A DNA stretch of 64,000 nt from Candidatus Woesearchaeota archaeon B3_Woes (GTDB taxonomy: Archaea > Nanobdellota > Nanobdellia > Woesearchaeales > B3-WOES). The DNA lies in contig NJBG01000001.1 in the NCBI GenBank assembly GCA_005222965.1, positions 146,323 through 210,322 on the forward strand. Direction: 5' to 3'. The notes beneath the pieces are model-generated. The model did not search any database, had not been told where the DNA came from, and worked only from the letters and a program-made list of their open reading frames with translations. The position numbers were made by a program, and so were the translations under genes. Every line of letters begins with the position of its first letter. Within the stretch, counting starts at the first letter, position 1. Shown here piece after piece: positions 1-10,773 of the stretch.

Positions 1-139
1 TAGTTCCAACTTTAGCTGGTTTTTCATTTATTAAAACTTCTCCACTAATAATCATAGGTAATTTTGGAGGTTCAGCAGAACTAACAAAATTTAATAAAAG
101 AAAAAATATAAAAAATATAAAAAATATTTTTATTTTCAT
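1..139 (-). CDS. Secreted/surface protein, N-terminal part (runs off window)
   Basis: Manual translation MKIKIFFIFFIFFLLLNFVSSAEPPKIPMIISGEVLINEKPAKVGT; signal-peptide-like start, 11 bp after the large surface protein gene. Confidence 0.7.
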   Translation of the reverse strand, partial: MKIKIFFIFFIFFLLLNFVSSAEPPKLPMIISGEVLINEKPAKVGT

Positions 140-150
140 GGTCTAATATC

Positions 151-3100
151 TTAGTTTGTGTATGTTATCTCTTCAGATGTGTATAACCAATAACCTTCTC
201 CTGGTGTCATTTCTGGGAATGCGTAAGTTCTTGTTTTCAAGTTGTTCACTTTAAAGTTAGTTCCATCATATCTCAACAAAAAGGCTTGGATTACCTTTGG
301 GTTATCTTCAAAAACATAACCTATTGCATCTTCTACAAGTTGTGTCTCAGCATCCATACTCATGTGACCAATTAAGTTCCATCCTGTAAAGAATGTTCTT
401 GTTTCTGATGGTAAACATCCTTCAGCTACTCCGCACTCTTCATAATCCAAAGGAACTTCTTCTCCGTTTGACTCAACCCAATAACCGGTTCCTGGATCTA
501 TTGCTGTTGGTTCAACCCAATTACTTCCTTGTGTATCATAAGTCCATACTAAGTTACCGAATGGTGTATTATCCACTAATGTTTTTGGAATTGAGATTAA
601 ATTCCAACCATCACTAAGGTGCATTATAAAGTTAACAGTTTTAATAGTATATCCTAAACTTGTTGTGTCTTTCCCTACCACATCTATTGTTGTTATATAA
701 TATGTTATTTCTCCAATCTCTCCTAGAGCATTAATATTTACACACCATTTGTCATCAATTACTTCATCTTCTGTCATTGATGATTCTCCTTCAAGATCAT
801 AGTATAAGACAGCACTTGCAACATCACTTCCAGCATCTGTTATTGTAGCACAAATTTCTATTGACTCTTCAACTACTGTAATGAGGTCACCAGTTACATC
901 AGTTATTTCAGGAGCTGTTGTATCAAGCACAATTGTATCTGAAGCTTGTCCTGTATTTTCAGCTAAATCTGTTGCAATAACAGTCACAGGGTTTTCACCT
1001 TCTACTATTAACTCAATTGTAGCTGAATAAGTATTCTCAACAATATCTGCTCCAACACCATTTACAGTTATTGTGTCTATATTTAATTCTGTAAAAGTTC
1101 CTGTAATTTCCTGAGTATTCACATTAGTAGGAGTAATTACAGAATCAATATTTATAGTTGGACTTGTCCAGTCAATGCTAAATGTTCTTTCAACAGTATC
1201 TCCTTCATTACCTACCTTGTCAATAGCTAATGCTTCTATTTTACAAGTATCTATTCCTTCGTTTCTACAATCTGCTTCTGGACTAACACTTAATGTTATA
1301 GGCTCTGAACATGGTCTTGAACCTAAATTTTTTGTTACTGGCCAAGAATTTCCATCATAACTTCTGATTCTATATTTACATATTTCTAATCCTGAAACAC
1401 CAGTATCAGGAGCTTGACCAAGTTCGTCAGAATCTATCAAACTAACTTCAAAAGCTTCGTCCTGCAAAGAGCTAGCATCTGGTGAAACGATTTCTGTTTC
1501 TGGACCTGTTGTGTCAACATTGAAATCCTCATCATAAGCCCAAGCCCATGGTTCATAAAGAACATTTTCACTTACAGAATCACAAGCATCATCTTCAGGT
1601 CCTTTTGAACAGCCCCAATAGTTGGTTTCTGCATTCAATATATATTCTGCATGAACATTGCTGACAGCACCTATGTATGTTTCTCCATCCCATGTCCATT
1701 CAGTACCATCGTTGCCGACGAAATTGTTATAGTGAGCTACATTACCCTCTCCCATATCACCACCACCACGTATTGCAAAATCATTGTTCATTATATCATT
1801 GTACTGGATGATGTTGTTGGTAGCTCCGGATTCAAGCTTGACACCGGTATGGCAGTCATGAACATCATTATATTTAACTGTTGTGCCAACAGTATTTTTG
1901 GCCAAAGCAAAAGCATTCTGGACTAATGAGATTTCATTATAGCTGAATACAATATCAGTTCCAGCATTATAAGTACCAATTCCTGTGCTCCTATATGTCT
2001 CTCCAGTATATGATAAGTCTGTTATAGTGTTGTAAGTTGCTGAACCCTTAGCACCTTCAAGGAAGAACATGCCATTAGGAACCCCTACTGAAGAGTTTCC
2101 TGGCCCGTTAATACTGTTATTGTTATAGTCAGCTGTCATTGTTCCACCAAGAGCGTATATACCTGCCCTATTATAGACTTCTACAGTGCACTCAGTTACC
2201 TCTAAGGTAACAGGATTAGTTATAGCAGCGGCAAATATGCCTGCAGTACGATCAGGTAGAGTTGGGTTTCCAATGACTGTCACAGAATCTATTGTACCAC
2301 TAGTCTCAAGGTAAACTAGACCAGCAACCCATGTAGTTGATTTACTTGGAATTAGAGAACCATCAATCTTTAGGTCTTTCACTGTAACAATACCTCCTGT
2401 GGTTTCAACAGAGACTATTGCCGACATTGAACTGGGGCTACCACCAAGCCAAGGAATACTAGTTGTAGGAGTCAATTCCACTGCAGGAGGCTGAATTATT
2501 GTAGTATCTCCAGCACCTTGAAGTGTTAGACTCTTATCAATAATAACTTGTTCATCATATATTCCTTCAGCAACATTAATTGTTTCTCCACCTTCTGCAG
2601 CACTAATTGCATTTGTGATTGTATCAAAAATTATAAATTCTTGTGGACTTGAATAATCTATATTTCCAAGAGAATCTTTTGCAGCTGCACAAACCCACTT
2701 ATGACCAATTACAGGATTTGTATCTGTATATGTATCAAAAGAGCCAGAACAACTTGTAGGATCTGTATCATGAAATTTGAATCTCATTTCAACACAATCT
2801 TCTGTAATACAATCAATTGTTGCAGTTGCACCACCCTGTTTTACTAACCAACCTTCAGGAGCTCCTGAAACACTTACAGTTGGTCCAGTTGTATCCAGAA
2901 TTATTGTGTCTGAAGCTTCTCCTATATTTCCTGCCAAATCTGTTGCAATAACAGTTACAGTATTCTCTCCTTCTACTAATAAATCAATTGTAGCTGAATA
3001 AGTATTCCCATCAATATCTGCTACAACACTATTTACTTCAATTTTATCAAGATTTAACTCAGTAAAAGTTCCTGTAATTAATTGTGTATTAACCTTAGTG

Positions 3101-3510
3101 GGGGTAATTACAGGGTCAATAGTTACAATAGGATTAGTATTATCTAAAGTAAATGATCCAGAAAAACCATTCATTTCAAAATTACTAGAATCTCTAACTA
3201 AAATAGTATATTCACCATCATCTATAGAAGTAGTATTCCATTGAAATGGGGAATTACTATATCCTCTAAAAGGTTGAATAACTTCCCATCCTCCATTACC
3301 TAAAACTATATCTACAAAATCTCCTTCAAATCCTATCGCTGTCCATTCAATATCATAAACACCTTTTACATCTTCATCAGCGATAGGTGAAGTAACTTGA
3401 ATTGAACTTATTGCACCCAAAACACTCCCACTCATCATTCCAATCATCAAAACCATCATAGAAATCAAAACTATACTTTTATTTAGAAAAAAACCTTTTT
3501 TATTATTCAT
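151..3510 (-). CDS. Large secreted surface/S-layer-like protein with Ig-like repeats and a parallel beta-helix region
   Basis: Signal peptide; two related Ig-like units (VIATDLAGN/VIATDLAEN); pectin-lyase-like G.Y.E.V.I.K.LTL.G segment; C-terminal GWNLIS motifs; SD-like GAGGGTGG. Confidence 0.75.
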   Translation of the reverse strand: MNNKKGFFLNKSIVLISMMVLMIGMMSGSVLGAISSIQVTSPIADEDVKGVYDIEWTAIGFEGDFVDIVLGNGGWEVIQPFRGYSNSPFQWNTTSIDDGEYTILVRDSSNFEMNGFSGSFTLDNTNPIVTIDPVITPTKVNTQLITGTFTELNLDKIEVNSVVADIDGNTYSATIDLLVEGENTVTVIATDLAGNIGEASDTIILDTTGPTVSVSGAPEGWLVKQGGATATIDCITEDCVEMRFKFHDTDPTSCSGSFDTYTDTNPVIGHKWVCAAAKDSLGNIDYSSPQEFIIFDTITNAISAAEGGETINVAEGIYDEQVIIDKSLTLQGAGDTTIIQPPAVELTPTTSIPWLGGSPSSMSAIVSVETTGGIVTVKDLKIDGSLIPSKSTTWVAGLVYLETSGTIDSVTVIGNPTLPDRTAGIFAAAITNPVTLEVTECTVEVYNRAGIYALGGTMTADYNNNSINGPGNSSVGVPNGMFFLEGAKGSATYNTITDLSYTGETYRSTGIGTYNAGTDIVFSYNEISLVQNAFALAKNTVGTTVKYNDVHDCHTGVKLESGATNNIIQYNDIMNNDFAIRGGGDMGEGNVAHYNNFVGNDGTEWTWDGETYIGAVSNVHAEYILNAETNYWGCSKGPEDDACDSVSENVLYEPWAWAYDEDFNVDTTGPETEIVSPDASSLQDEAFEVSLIDSDELGQAPDTGVSGLEICKYRIRSYDGNSWPVTKNLGSRPCSEPITLSVSPEADCRNEGIDTCKIEALAIDKVGNEGDTVERTFSIDWTSPTINIDSVITPTNVNTQEITGTFTELNIDTITVNGVGADIVENTYSATIELIVEGENPVTVIATDLAENTGQASDTIVLDTTAPEITDVTGDLITVVEESIEICATITDAGSDVASAVLYYDLEGESSMTEDEVIDDKWCVNINALGEIGEITYYITTIDVVGKDTTSLGYTIKTVNFIMHLSDGWNLISIPKTLVDNTPFGNLVWTYDTQGSNWVEPTAIDPGTGYWVESNGEEVPLDYEECGVAEGCLPSETRTFFTGWNLIGHMSMDAETQLVEDAIGYVFEDNPKVIQAFLLRYDGTNFKVNNLKTRTYAFPEMTPGEGYWLYTSEEITYTN

Positions 3511-3796
3511 TTTTAAACCACCCTCATAATTTTTAATAAAAATTAAGTTATTTTCTATTTAAAAGTAGTACTTATATAAAAGCATTTATGAAATCAAAAC
3601 TATATGACAAAAAAGTAGAAATTTTTTCAGTACTGGGTTGTGACAAAAAAGAAATAATTAAAATCAACCAATTCGGGTATAAAAAAGTTCATTTTCAAAA
3701 AATTATAGTCATAAACTTTTCTATTTTGGAATAGCAAATAAATAAAAAACATAAGAATAACAACATTTAAAAGTTATATAAAAATCTATTATTATT

Positions 3797-5554
3797 ATGA
3801 AATCAACAAGAAGCCCAATATGTACTGTCATGGGCCATGTCGACCATGGAAAATCAAGTATATTAGATAATATTAGAGGCAGCGCTATTGTTAAATCTGA
3901 AGCAGGAGCAATTACCCAGGCAATTGGAGCTTCTATAATACCATTAAATACAATAAAAAATATTTGTGGTGATTTGTTAAAACAGCTAAAGATGGATTTT
4001 ACAATTCCTGGCTTACTATTTATAGATACTCCAGGCCACGCAGCATTCACAAATCTAAGAAAAAGGGGTGGAAACCTAGCAGACATAGCAATCTTAGTTA
4101 TTGATGTAAATGAAGGTATAAAACCTCAAACAATGGAAAGTATTGAAATTCTAAAACAATATAAAACCCCTTTTGTTATTGCACTTAATAAAATTGATCT
4201 AATTTCTGGCTGGCAAACCAAAAAGATAAATATCCTATCATCAATAACGCAACAATCACAATCAATACAACAAATTTTAGACAAAAAATTATATGAGCTA
4301 GTTGGAAAACTATCAGAAATTAAAATCAATTCTGAAAGATTTGACAGAGTTGATGATTATACCAAACAAATAGCAATGATACCTTGCTCTGCAAAAACAG
4401 GAGAGGGAATTCCTGAATTATTAATGGTTTTAACAGGATTAGCTCAAAGATTTTTAGAGAAATGTCTTGAATGTGATGTAGATGGAAGTGCAAAAGGAAC
4501 TATCTTAGAAGTAAAAGAAGAAAAAGGCTTAGGAAAAACAATTGATGTAATTATTTACGACGGGACATTAAAAACAGGTGATACAATTGTTATTGCGGGT
4601 CTTGAAAAATCAATAACAACCAAAGTAAAAGCTTTGTTTGAACCAGTACCATTAGCAGAAATCCGTGATAAAAAATCTAATTTTAAATCAGTAAAAAAAG
4701 TTAGTGCAGCAACTGGTGTAAAAATATCTGCCTTGGATATAGATGAAGTTGTTTCAGGAATGCCTTTAAGATCCTGCCAGAAAAAAGAGATAGAAAAAAC
4801 CAAACAAGAGCTACAACAAGAAGTTAAAGAAGTTTTGATTGAAACAGACAAAGAAGGAATTGTCATAAAAGCAGATTCTTTAGGAAGCTTAGAAGCCTTA
4901 ATAAAACTACTAAAAGAAAATGAGGTATCTATAAGAAGAGCTTCGATTGGCAATATAACAAAAAAAGATATTGCAGAAGCAGAATCCAATTTTGAAAAAG
5001 ATCCTCTAAAATCAGTAATACTGGCATTTAATATTGAAGAAGGATCTGTAAATGAGAATGTAAAAATTATTTCAAGTGATATAATCTACAAAATAATTGA
5101 AGATTATGATAAATGGAAAAAAGACAAACTTCTTGAAATGCAGGAATGCCAGATAGATAAATTGATAAGACCTTGCAAAATAAAAATCATGGCTGGTTAT
5201 ATTTTCAGACAATCTAATCCAGCAATTGTTGGATCAGATATTTTAGCAGGAACTCTTAGAATAGGTATGCCCCTGATGAATTCACAGGGAAAAGAGATTA
5301 CAGAAGTAAAAAGCATTCAGGCAGATAAAGATAAACTAGAAAAAGCAGAATCAGGAAAACAAGTTGCAGTCTCAATGCCAAATGTAACTGTAGGCAGGCA
5401 GATAAATGAAAATGATGAATTATATTCTTCTATTCCGGAGGAAGATTTTAAAAAATTAAAAAATCTAAAAGAATTCTTAACAAAAGAAGAGGTTGAAGTT
5501 ATAAAAGAGATAGCAGAAATAAAAAGAAAAGAGAATGTAGTTTGGGGTGTATAA
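3797..5554 (+). CDS. infB: Translation initiation factor IF-2 (aIF5B)
   Basis: GHVDHGKS, ITQAIGA, DTPGH and NKID GTPase motifs; archaeal length; no intein. Confidence 0.97.
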   Translation: MKSTRSPICTVMGHVDHGKSSILDNIRGSAIVKSEAGAITQAIGASIIPLNTIKNICGDLLKQLKMDFTIPGLLFIDTPGHAAFTNLRKRGGNLADIAILVIDVNEGIKPQTMESIEILKQYKTPFVIALNKIDLISGWQTKKINILSSITQQSQSIQQILDKKLYELVGKLSEIKINSERFDRVDDYTKQIAMIPCSAKTGEGIPELLMVLTGLAQRFLEKCLECDVDGSAKGTILEVKEEKGLGKTIDVIIYDGTLKTGDTIVIAGLEKSITTKVKALFEPVPLAEIRDKKSNFKSVKKVSAATGVKISALDIDEVVSGMPLRSCQKKEIEKTKQELQQEVKEVLIETDKEGIVIKADSLGSLEALIKLLKENEVSIRRASIGNITKKDIAEAESNFEKDPLKSVILAFNIEEGSVNENVKIISSDIIYKIIEDYDKWKKDKLLEMQECQIDKLIRPCKIKIMAGYIFRQSNPAIVGSDILAGTLRIGMPLMNSQGKEITEVKSIQADKDKLEKAESGKQVAVSMPNVTVGRQINENDELYSSIPEEDFKKLKNLKEFLTKEEVEVIKEIAEIKRKENVVWGV

Positions 5555-5794
5555 TCACCTTATAATATCTTCAATTGGTTTTTTCTTTTGTGCTTTAGCA
5601 CTTTTCGCAGCCTTTTCCAAATCAACACCAAGACCTTTTAAATCTTTAACATGAATCTGCATAAGCTGTTCTACAATTTGCAAAATCTTCAGCATTTCTT
5701 CTCTCTCTTTTGCTAAAGTTGTTAAAGCACCTTTATGAAAACCAATTTGTTCGTCTTTTGAAACTTTTTCTTTTGTCATGAGTATCACCAACAA
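5555..5794 (-). CDS. Small hypothetical protein
   Basis: 79-aa ORF (start may be at 5779) filling the intergenic gap; helical and charged. Confidence 0.6.
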   Translation of the reverse strand: MLVILMTKEKVSKDEQIGFHKGALTTLAKEREEMLKILQIVEQLMQIHVKDLKGLGVDLEKAAKSAKAQKKKPIEDIIR

Positions 5795-5821
5795 TAAAAA
5801 ATTAGGAGTAGTTTATAAATC

Positions 5822-6985
5822 TTATCTTATATGCAACTCCAAAACATCCTTATCTTCCAAATTTTTATCCATTTTATTGTATTTTTGACCGTCAAACTTA
5901 GCAGATTTCCCCCAAACACGTGCAAATCTAAAATTACTAACAAAATCCTTGTGCAATTTTTCGCAAATATCTCTAATACTACAGGATTTAAACATAATCA
6001 AGGGTTCTTCCATATCTGGTTTTTTCCCAACCTCTTTTAAAAAAATTCTTATCAAATCAAGTTTTTGATAAATAGCTTCTCTTAAATCCCCAATACCTTT
6101 ACCTGTTTCAGCAGAAACCACCACACAAGGTTTAATCTTTTCAGAAATTGATTTGAGAGTTAATTTATTGACCAAATCTATTTTTGTAATAACATTTAAT
6201 GATTTTGTATATATTTTATTATTCTCCAAAACATCAATAAACTGATCTAAAGTTATATCTTCCCTAAATAAAATGTCAACATTAATCATCTTAAACATTT
6301 TCATAATATCTTCAATTGTTTTCTTATTAATTTTAGTTAATTTAACTAAAGAACTCACACTAATTCCTCCTCTTTCTTTTTTTGTGATAACAACGTCTGG
6401 TTTTTTTTGATCTAATCTAATATCTGCATCATAAACTTCTTTTAACAATGATTTATATTGGTGAAGATTCTGTGCTTCAACTAAAATCATTACCAAATCC
6501 GCATTACGAAGCATTGTTAAAACCTCTTTTCCACGCCCCTTACCAGAAGCAGCTCCACCAACAACACCAGGAACATCAATAATTTGGATCTGAGCATATT
6601 TATATTTCATCAAACCAGGAACAGCAGAAAGTGTTGTAAAAGCATACGCTCCAATATCTGATTTAGCATTTGTTAGTTTATTCAATAGAGTTGATTTTCC
6701 AACAGAAGGGAATCCTAATAATACAACAGTTCCATCTCCTGTTTTTCTAACACTAAATCTATCATCCCCTCCTTTTCCCTTAGCAGAACGTTTTAAATTT
6801 TTGCCTTTTAACAAAGCTAATTTCCCTTTCAAAAGTCCTACAGCACGCTCTGTACTCTTATTAACTTTAGTTTTACTAATCTCTTTTTCAAGCTCTTGGA
6901 TCTGCTCTGGTAAATTGCTCTTTTTTCTTTCAACTACCTGAACTTCCTTTCTCTTTCCAACCTTAACCTTCTTCTTGCCTCCCAT
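5822..6985 (-). CDS. DRG/OBG-family GTPase with TGS domain
   Basis: GFPSVGKS, YAFTT, DVPG, TKID; C-terminal ARVWGKSAKFDGQ. Confidence 0.93.
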   Translation of the reverse strand: MGGKKKVKVGKRKEVQVVERKKSNLPEQIQELEKEISKTKVNKSTERAVGLLKGKLALLKGKNLKRSAKGKGGDDRFSVRKTGDGTVVLLGFPSVGKSTLLNKLTNAKSDIGAYAFTTLSAVPGLMKYKYAQIQIIDVPGVVGGAASGKGRGKEVLTMLRNADLVMILVEAQNLHQYKSLLKEVYDADIRLDQKKPDVVITKKERGGISVSSLVKLTKINKKTIEDIMKMFKMINVDILFREDITLDQFIDVLENNKIYTKSLNVITKIDLVNKLTLKSISEKIKPCVVVSAETGKGIGDLREAIYQKLDLIRIFLKEVGKKPDMEEPLIMFKSCSIRDICEKLHKDFVSNFRFARVWGKSAKFDGQKYNKMDKNLEDKDVLELHIR

Positions 6986-7097
6986 AACGTCTGAAAAGAA
7001 AAAGCATCTTTATAAAAATATCTATTCCCTTAAAACTACCACTGTAAAGAGATTACAGATTAGAAAGATTTATAAATCATTTAAAGATTGTTTTTTT

Positions 7098-8390
7098 ATG
7101 GCAGTTAACATTCGTTTTGTAGGAACATATCACCCAAGAATTTGTGGTATTGGAACTTTTACACGTGATTCAGTTACTTCTCTATTAGATTATACAGGAG
7201 AAGTTTCATCTGTATCTGTTTCAGCAATTGATAAAAATGGAGAACAATATTTCTCTCCAGTAGATATAGTTTTTGATCAATTAAATGAAGAATCATGGAT
7301 GTTAGGAGGATTAGATAGTGTAAAGAGAGCAAAAGAAAAACCAGATCCAACAGTTGTGATATTAGAACATGAGTTTGGATTAGATGAGGATGGGACAGGT
7401 AATAATTATGTTGAACTGGCAAAACTTTACAAAGAAAATGGAATTATGACATTAGTATGGTTACATACAATCCCCTCCCAACCAACTGAATATCAGGAAA
7501 GAACACTAAGAGAACTTTCAGAATATTGTGATATGATGATTGCTCCAACCAAAAGCGGAATTGATAGACTTAATGAAGTTTATGGAATCCATTATAAATT
7601 AGGGCAAATAGATCATGGAGTCAGAGAACAAGATAAAAGTAGATTAGAAGCTAAAAAAATTTTAGAACTAGAAGATATGATAGTTCTCCTCACACCCGGA
7701 CTTCGTTCTCTTGACAAAGGATTACAATTTAGTATTCCTGCGTATGGTAAATATTTACGAGAGCATTGTTCAGAAAAAGATAGAGAGAATATTGTTTATT
7801 TAATTGTAGGTCAAGTACATCCTGAGTTTATTCTTGCTGATGGAGGGAGATATTACAAAGATTATCAGGAAATTATAAAAAAGGCTATTGAAATTGGAGA
7901 GGTTAGATACACTGAAATAAAGGATAAAAAGCATCTAAAAATTGCTGCAAGAGAAAACGATGTTGTTGTCGTTGACGCTTACCAAAGTGTAAAAGATTTG
8001 ATGGGTTATTATGCTGGGTCAGATATGATACCTTTACCTTATCTTAATATGGAACAAATGCTAAGTGGAATATTAGCAGACGCAATTGGTTCAGGAAGAG
8101 TACCTCTCTCTACCCCTTTTGATTATGCAAAAGAGCTTCTTAATCCAGAAAATAAGAGGGGAGAAGGACCGATTATTGACACTCGTCACGGAAGAGGAAT
8201 CTTAATTGACCCAGGGGAACCTTTTATAGATCAAATGCCAAAAGCAGTGAACTATCTAATTTCAAACCCAATAGAACATAGAGCAATGGAATGGCGTGCT
8301 CAAAAAAGAGGGCACAAGATGAAATGGAACAACACAGCTTGGCAAATACTAAAGATTATTAAAAATATAGAAAAAGAAAAGAATAATTAA
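7098..8390 (+). CDS. Glycosyltransferase family 4
   Basis: GTYHPRICGIGTFT, EHEFG, LPY...SGILA..G.STP motifs; start moved to ATG 7098, downstream of TATA-like TTTATAAA. Confidence 0.85.
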   Translation: MAVNIRFVGTYHPRICGIGTFTRDSVTSLLDYTGEVSSVSVSAIDKNGEQYFSPVDIVFDQLNEESWMLGGLDSVKRAKEKPDPTVVILEHEFGLDEDGTGNNYVELAKLYKENGIMTLVWLHTIPSQPTEYQERTLRELSEYCDMMIAPTKSGIDRLNEVYGIHYKLGQIDHGVREQDKSRLEAKKILELEDMIVLLTPGLRSLDKGLQFSIPAYGKYLREHCSEKDRENIVYLIVGQVHPEFILADGGRYYKDYQEIIKKAIEIGEVRYTEIKDKKHLKIAARENDVVVVDAYQSVKDLMGYYAGSDMIPLPYLNMEQMLSGILADAIGSGRVPLSTPFDYAKELLNPENKRGEGPIIDTRHGRGILIDPGEPFIDQMPKAVNYLISNPIEHRAMEWRAQKRGHKMKWNNTAWQILKIIKNIEKEKNN

Positions 8391-8431
8391 AAATAATAAA
8401 ATTTATAAACAACCTCATTCTAACAAATTCC

Positions 8432-8989
8432 ATGAACATTTATGATATTGATTATAGAGAGTTATTGTATTCTCCTCTATTTTCAAAAATAATAGCAACA
8501 ATAATGATAATTTTTATTGGACTTATTATTGGAAGAACCATTGGAAAAGTTATTTACAGAGTTCTTCATGAGTTGGAAATTAACAAATCTATTAGAAAAA
8601 CAACAAAAATAAAAATTTCTTTAGAAAAAATTATCTCTAATTTTATCATGTATTTTATCTATTTTATCACACTAATAATGGCCATGACACAGATTGGTTT
8701 AACAACAACGGTTCTTAATATAATAATAGGTGCTATAGCTATTGTACTGATTATAGCTCTATTTTTTATTATAAAAGATTTTTTTCCAAATATAATCGCA
8801 GGAATATTTATACAACAGAAAAAATATATTAAAAAAGGGGAATTCATAGAAATAGATAATAAAAAAGGAAAAGTAACAAACATAAATCTAATTGAAACAA
8901 CAATAAAAACAAACAAAGGGGATATTGTATATGTTCCTAATTCATTATTATTAAAAAAAGAAATTACAAAACTAGCGAGGTCGAAATGA
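8432..8989 (+). CDS. Small-conductance mechanosensitive channel (MscS-like, short)
   Basis: Three TM segments followed by KDFFPNIIAG, G.V..I and VPNS. Confidence 0.85.
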   Translation: MNIYDIDYRELLYSPLFSKIIATIMIIFIGLIIGRTIGKVIYRVLHELEINKSIRKTTKIKISLEKIISNFIMYFIYFITLIMAMTQIGLTTTVLNIIIGAIAIVLIIALFFIIKDFFPNIIAGIFIQQKKYIKKGEFIEIDNKKGKVTNINLIETTIKTNKGDIVYVPNSLLLKKEITKLARSK

Positions 8990-9741
8990 AAAAAGTAAAA
9001 AAGAGTAGTAAAAAAAAGAAACAAAATTTTTTTAAATCTTATAAATATGTTTTTGCTGTAGGCATAGCAGTATTATTAATATTAGTGGTTCTAATAAATT
9101 ATGATAAACTGCCAACAAATTGTGAAGGAATACAAGATATTAATCAAAAAGATGATTGTTATGTTGAACAAGCAAAGCAAAAAGGAAGAATATCAATTTG
9201 TGATAATATCATAAGTTCTCACTTTAAAGATGAGTGTATAAGGGTTGTAGCAGCAAAGCAAAAAGACCTTGAATTGTGTAATAATATAAAAGATCCAAAA
9301 TCAGAAGCATATTGTTATGAATCAGTTGCAGAAACAAAAAAAGATGTAAGCATATGCCCAACAATAAATGATGAAACATGGTCACAAACTTGTTATCATA
9401 AACTTGCATTAATACTAGAGGATTATACTTTATGCCTAAATCTTGATGAAACAGAAAAAAGGGATAAATGTTATGAAGGTATTGCAGAAACTACACAAAA
9501 TCCAACAGTTTGCCTAGCTTTATCAGATAAAGACAAAGCAAACAATTGTTTATGGGAGATTGCTAAAGTAACAGAAGACGAAACAATATGTGAAAGTTGG
9601 GTTATAAAAGGCGGAGTAGACAAAGTAAACAAAGATTTGTGTTATAAAAACCTAGCAAGACGTAAAGATGATATAAAATTATGTGGCAACATAAATTATG
9701 ATCAAATAAAGGAAGAATGTATTAAATTATTTACAAATTAG
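8986..9741 (+). CDS. Membrane-anchored Cys-rich repeat protein
   Basis: One N-terminal TM helix; about 25-aa repeats C..I.....KD.CY...A....D...C. Confidence 0.75.
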   Translation: MKKVKKSSKKKKQNFFKSYKYVFAVGIAVLLILVVLINYDKLPTNCEGIQDINQKDDCYVEQAKQKGRISICDNIISSHFKDECIRVVAAKQKDLELCNNIKDPKSEAYCYESVAETKKDVSICPTINDETWSQTCYHKLALILEDYTLCLNLDETEKRDKCYEGIAETTQNPTVCLALSDKDKANNCLWEIAKVTEDETICESWVIKGGVDKVNKDLCYKNLARRKDDIKLCGNINYDQIKEECIKLFTN

Positions 9742-9743
9742 AA

Positions 9744-9989
9744 TTATAATTTTTCCAATAAACTTACAATATTCCAGATTTGTGTTCGCGTATACTGCTG
9801 CATATTGTTATCGCTGACTATTTCATCTAACTCATTTAAAGCTTTATTTTTTTTAATAGAATCATCAACATCTTCTTTTAAGATGTCTAGTATACCTGAC
9901 ATTTTTTCTCTTATATTTTTAGGAGTATCATCATCATTATTGATCTCTATGATGAAATCTACTGCATCTTTTAACTTAACATCTGCCAT
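9744..9989 (-). CDS. UPF0147 family protein
   Basis: D.TPKNIR...LDEI..D.N...YTRTQIWNIVS.LE. Confidence 0.88.
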   Translation of the reverse strand: MADVKLKDAVDFIIEINNDDDTPKNIREKMSGILDILKEDVDDSIKKNKALNELDEIVSDNNMQQYTRTQIWNIVSLLEKL

Positions 9990-9991
9990 TT

Positions 9992-10315
9992 TTATTTCAT
10001 TGCACCTAAAACTTCTTTCTGTAATTTCTGAGATTTATCTCTTATACTTGTCTCTTGTTTTTCTAGGTTTTTTAGTCTTATCTCTAGCATCTCTTTTTTT
10101 TGATTTAGATCTTTTTCTAAATCCTCTTTTTTTGCGTCAATCATCACATTAGCTACAATTTTATAAGTCTTATTAGAATCTTTTATATTTTCTAAAGCAG
10201 ATGTTACTTCGCTTAATTGCATCTGAAATTGTTGCTTTTGTACAAGAAAGGATTGTAAATTTTGTTCTAGTAATTGTAACTGTTCAATTTTTTCTTCTTG
10301 TCCTTCTTCGGCCAT
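9992..10315 (-). CDS. pfdB: Prefoldin beta subunit
   Basis: Coiled coils flanking YKIVANVMI; conserved position after rpo12; start reset to MAEEGQ. Confidence 0.9.
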   Translation of the reverse strand: MAEEGQEEKIEQLQLLEQNLQSFLVQKQQFQMQLSEVTSALENIKDSNKTYKIVANVMIDAKKEDLEKDLNQKKEMLEIRLKNLEKQETSIRDKSQKLQKEVLGAMK

Positions 10316-10316
10316 T

Positions 10317-10448
10317 TTATCTTGCTTTAACCTTTGTTGTTGTTGTTCTTGGCTTAAACAACATTTTACTTCCACAATAAGGACACCTTATCCTTTTGCC
10401 TGTTAAAGATACTTTCTTATTACAATCAAAACATTTATACTTTATCAT
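10317..10448 (-). CDS. rpo12: RNA polymerase subunit P (Rpo12), not in the ORF track
   Basis: Manual translation MIKYKCFDCNKKVSLTGKRIRCPYCGSKMLFKPRTTTTKVKAR; two CxxC pairs; lies between rpl37ae and pfdB. Confidence 0.93.
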   Translation of the reverse strand: MIKYKCFDCNKKVSLTGKRIRCPYCGSKMLFKPRTTTTKVKAR

Positions 10449-10747
10449 TTTTTATCCTCTTTACTATCTGATGGTTTTTCTTCTGATTTAATAACTTTTT
10501 CTTCTTCTTTAACTGTTCTCTTTTTTCCAATAGAATAAGCTCTTCCTGCAAATTTAACTTTACATGATTTGCAAAACCAGATTCCTGCTGCTTCTCTTCT
10601 GACATTTTTTTTGCTACAATAAGGACAGATGTGTCTTCCTCTATGTCCTGACTCTATCTCAGCAACCTTTTCTTTTAAACGTCTACCATACCTAGGACCA
10701 AATCTTTTAGTCGATGATTTTTTCCGTTTTTGTTTTTTTGCTGCCAT
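10445..10747 (-). CDS. rpl37ae: 50S ribosomal protein L37Ae (eL43)
   Basis: RFGPRYG, CPYC, GIWFCKSC. Confidence 0.96.
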   Translation of the reverse strand: MAAKKQKRKKSSTKRFGPRYGRRLKEKVAEIESGHRGRHICPYCSKKNVRREAAGIWFCKSCKVKFAGRAYSIGKKRTVKEEEKVIKSEEKPSDSKEDKK

Positions 10748-10773
10748 TTTTCTTGATATGGGTGCTCTTAAAA

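Noticed and set aside
3797..5554. Inteins in aIF5B (also checked by eye in nrdD, the helicase and the ligase)
   Set aside because: Lengths are normal and no splicing motifs were seen
8986..9741. Cys-repeat protein as a multiheme cytochrome
   Set aside because: No CxxCH motifs; more likely an extracellular disulfide-bonded repeat
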